From Ginglymostoma cirratum (lineage: Eukaryota): a stretch of DNA of 63,880 nucleotides. The position numbers and the translations under genes are program-made. Numbering within the stretch: the first letter of the stretch is position 1; each line of letters opens with the position of its first letter. The stretch lies in assembly GCA_024137785.1 (NCBI GenBank), contig JAHRHZ010000024.1, positions 10,938,846 through 11,002,725 of the forward strand. Reading direction: 5' to 3'. The notes beneath the pieces were generated by a model. That model was not told the origin of the DNA, did no database searches, and saw nothing but the letters and a program-made list of their open reading frames with translations. Of this stretch, positions 63,429 through 63,880 are shown piece by piece.

Positions 63429-63880
63429 AGAGATAAAAGGTACTGCAGATGCTGGAGAATCCAAGATAACAAGCATGGGGCTGGATGAACACAGCAGGTC
63501 AAGCAGCATCATAGGAGCAGGAAAACTCGACGTTTCGGGCCTAAACCCTTCAACAGAAATGGGGGAGGGGAAGGGGGTTCTGAAATAAATAGGGAGAGAG
63601 GGGGAGGCGGATAGAAGATGGATAGAGGAGAGGATAGGTGGAGAGGAGGCAGACAAGTCGAGGAGGCGGGGATGGAGCCAGTAAAGGTGAGTGTAGGTAG
63701 GGGGGTAGGGAGGAGATAGGTCAGTCCCAGTCGCGAACCATTTCAACTCCCCCTCCCATTCCTCAGATGACATGTCCATCCTTGGCCTCCTACAATGCCA
63801 CAGTGATGCCACCCGAAGGCTGCAGGAACAGCAAATCATATTCAGCCTGGGAACCCTGCAGCCCAATGGCATCAATGTGG
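63429..63880. mobile_element. Penelope-like element with inversion, running off the window end
   Basis: 63429-63726 is the minus-strand terminal repeat with tail and hammerhead-like motif (63529-63556). From about 63726 the plus strand reads PVANHFNSPSHSSDDMSILGLLQC...QEQQIIFSLGTLQPNGINV (GIY-YIG C-terminus). Confidence 0.9.

Overview
AT-rich, repeat-dense vertebrate DNA. The repeat families (HE1-type V-SINEs, CR1 LINEs, a Deu-domain SINE, Rex1/Babar, Penelope-like elements) point to a shark; that call is from recognition, not a search. I find no host protein-coding exon, so the window looks intronic or intergenic, and the only long meaningful ORFs are transposon-derived. Contents: many CR1 and L2/CR1-group LINE fragments (one young CR1 3' end with an open 255-aa frame), several SINE families, two solo LTRs (one cleanly inserted into a SINE with a 4-bp target-site duplication, TSD), two fossil PIF/Harbinger transposases, two Rex1 fragments and a 400-N gap. 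The most interesting signal is a graded series of Penelope-like (PLE) elements. It runs from a 1.55-kb copy with a GIY-YIG remnant and ~400-bp inverted arms down to ~200-bp non-coding fold-back hairpins. The best-preserved copies share a minimal hammerhead-ribozyme core (CUGANGA-stem II-GAAACGUC), a one-sided 30-37-nt tail, a tail-less end at nearly the same nucleotide, and 14-16-bp flanking duplications. Boundaries of old, degraded repeats are approximate.
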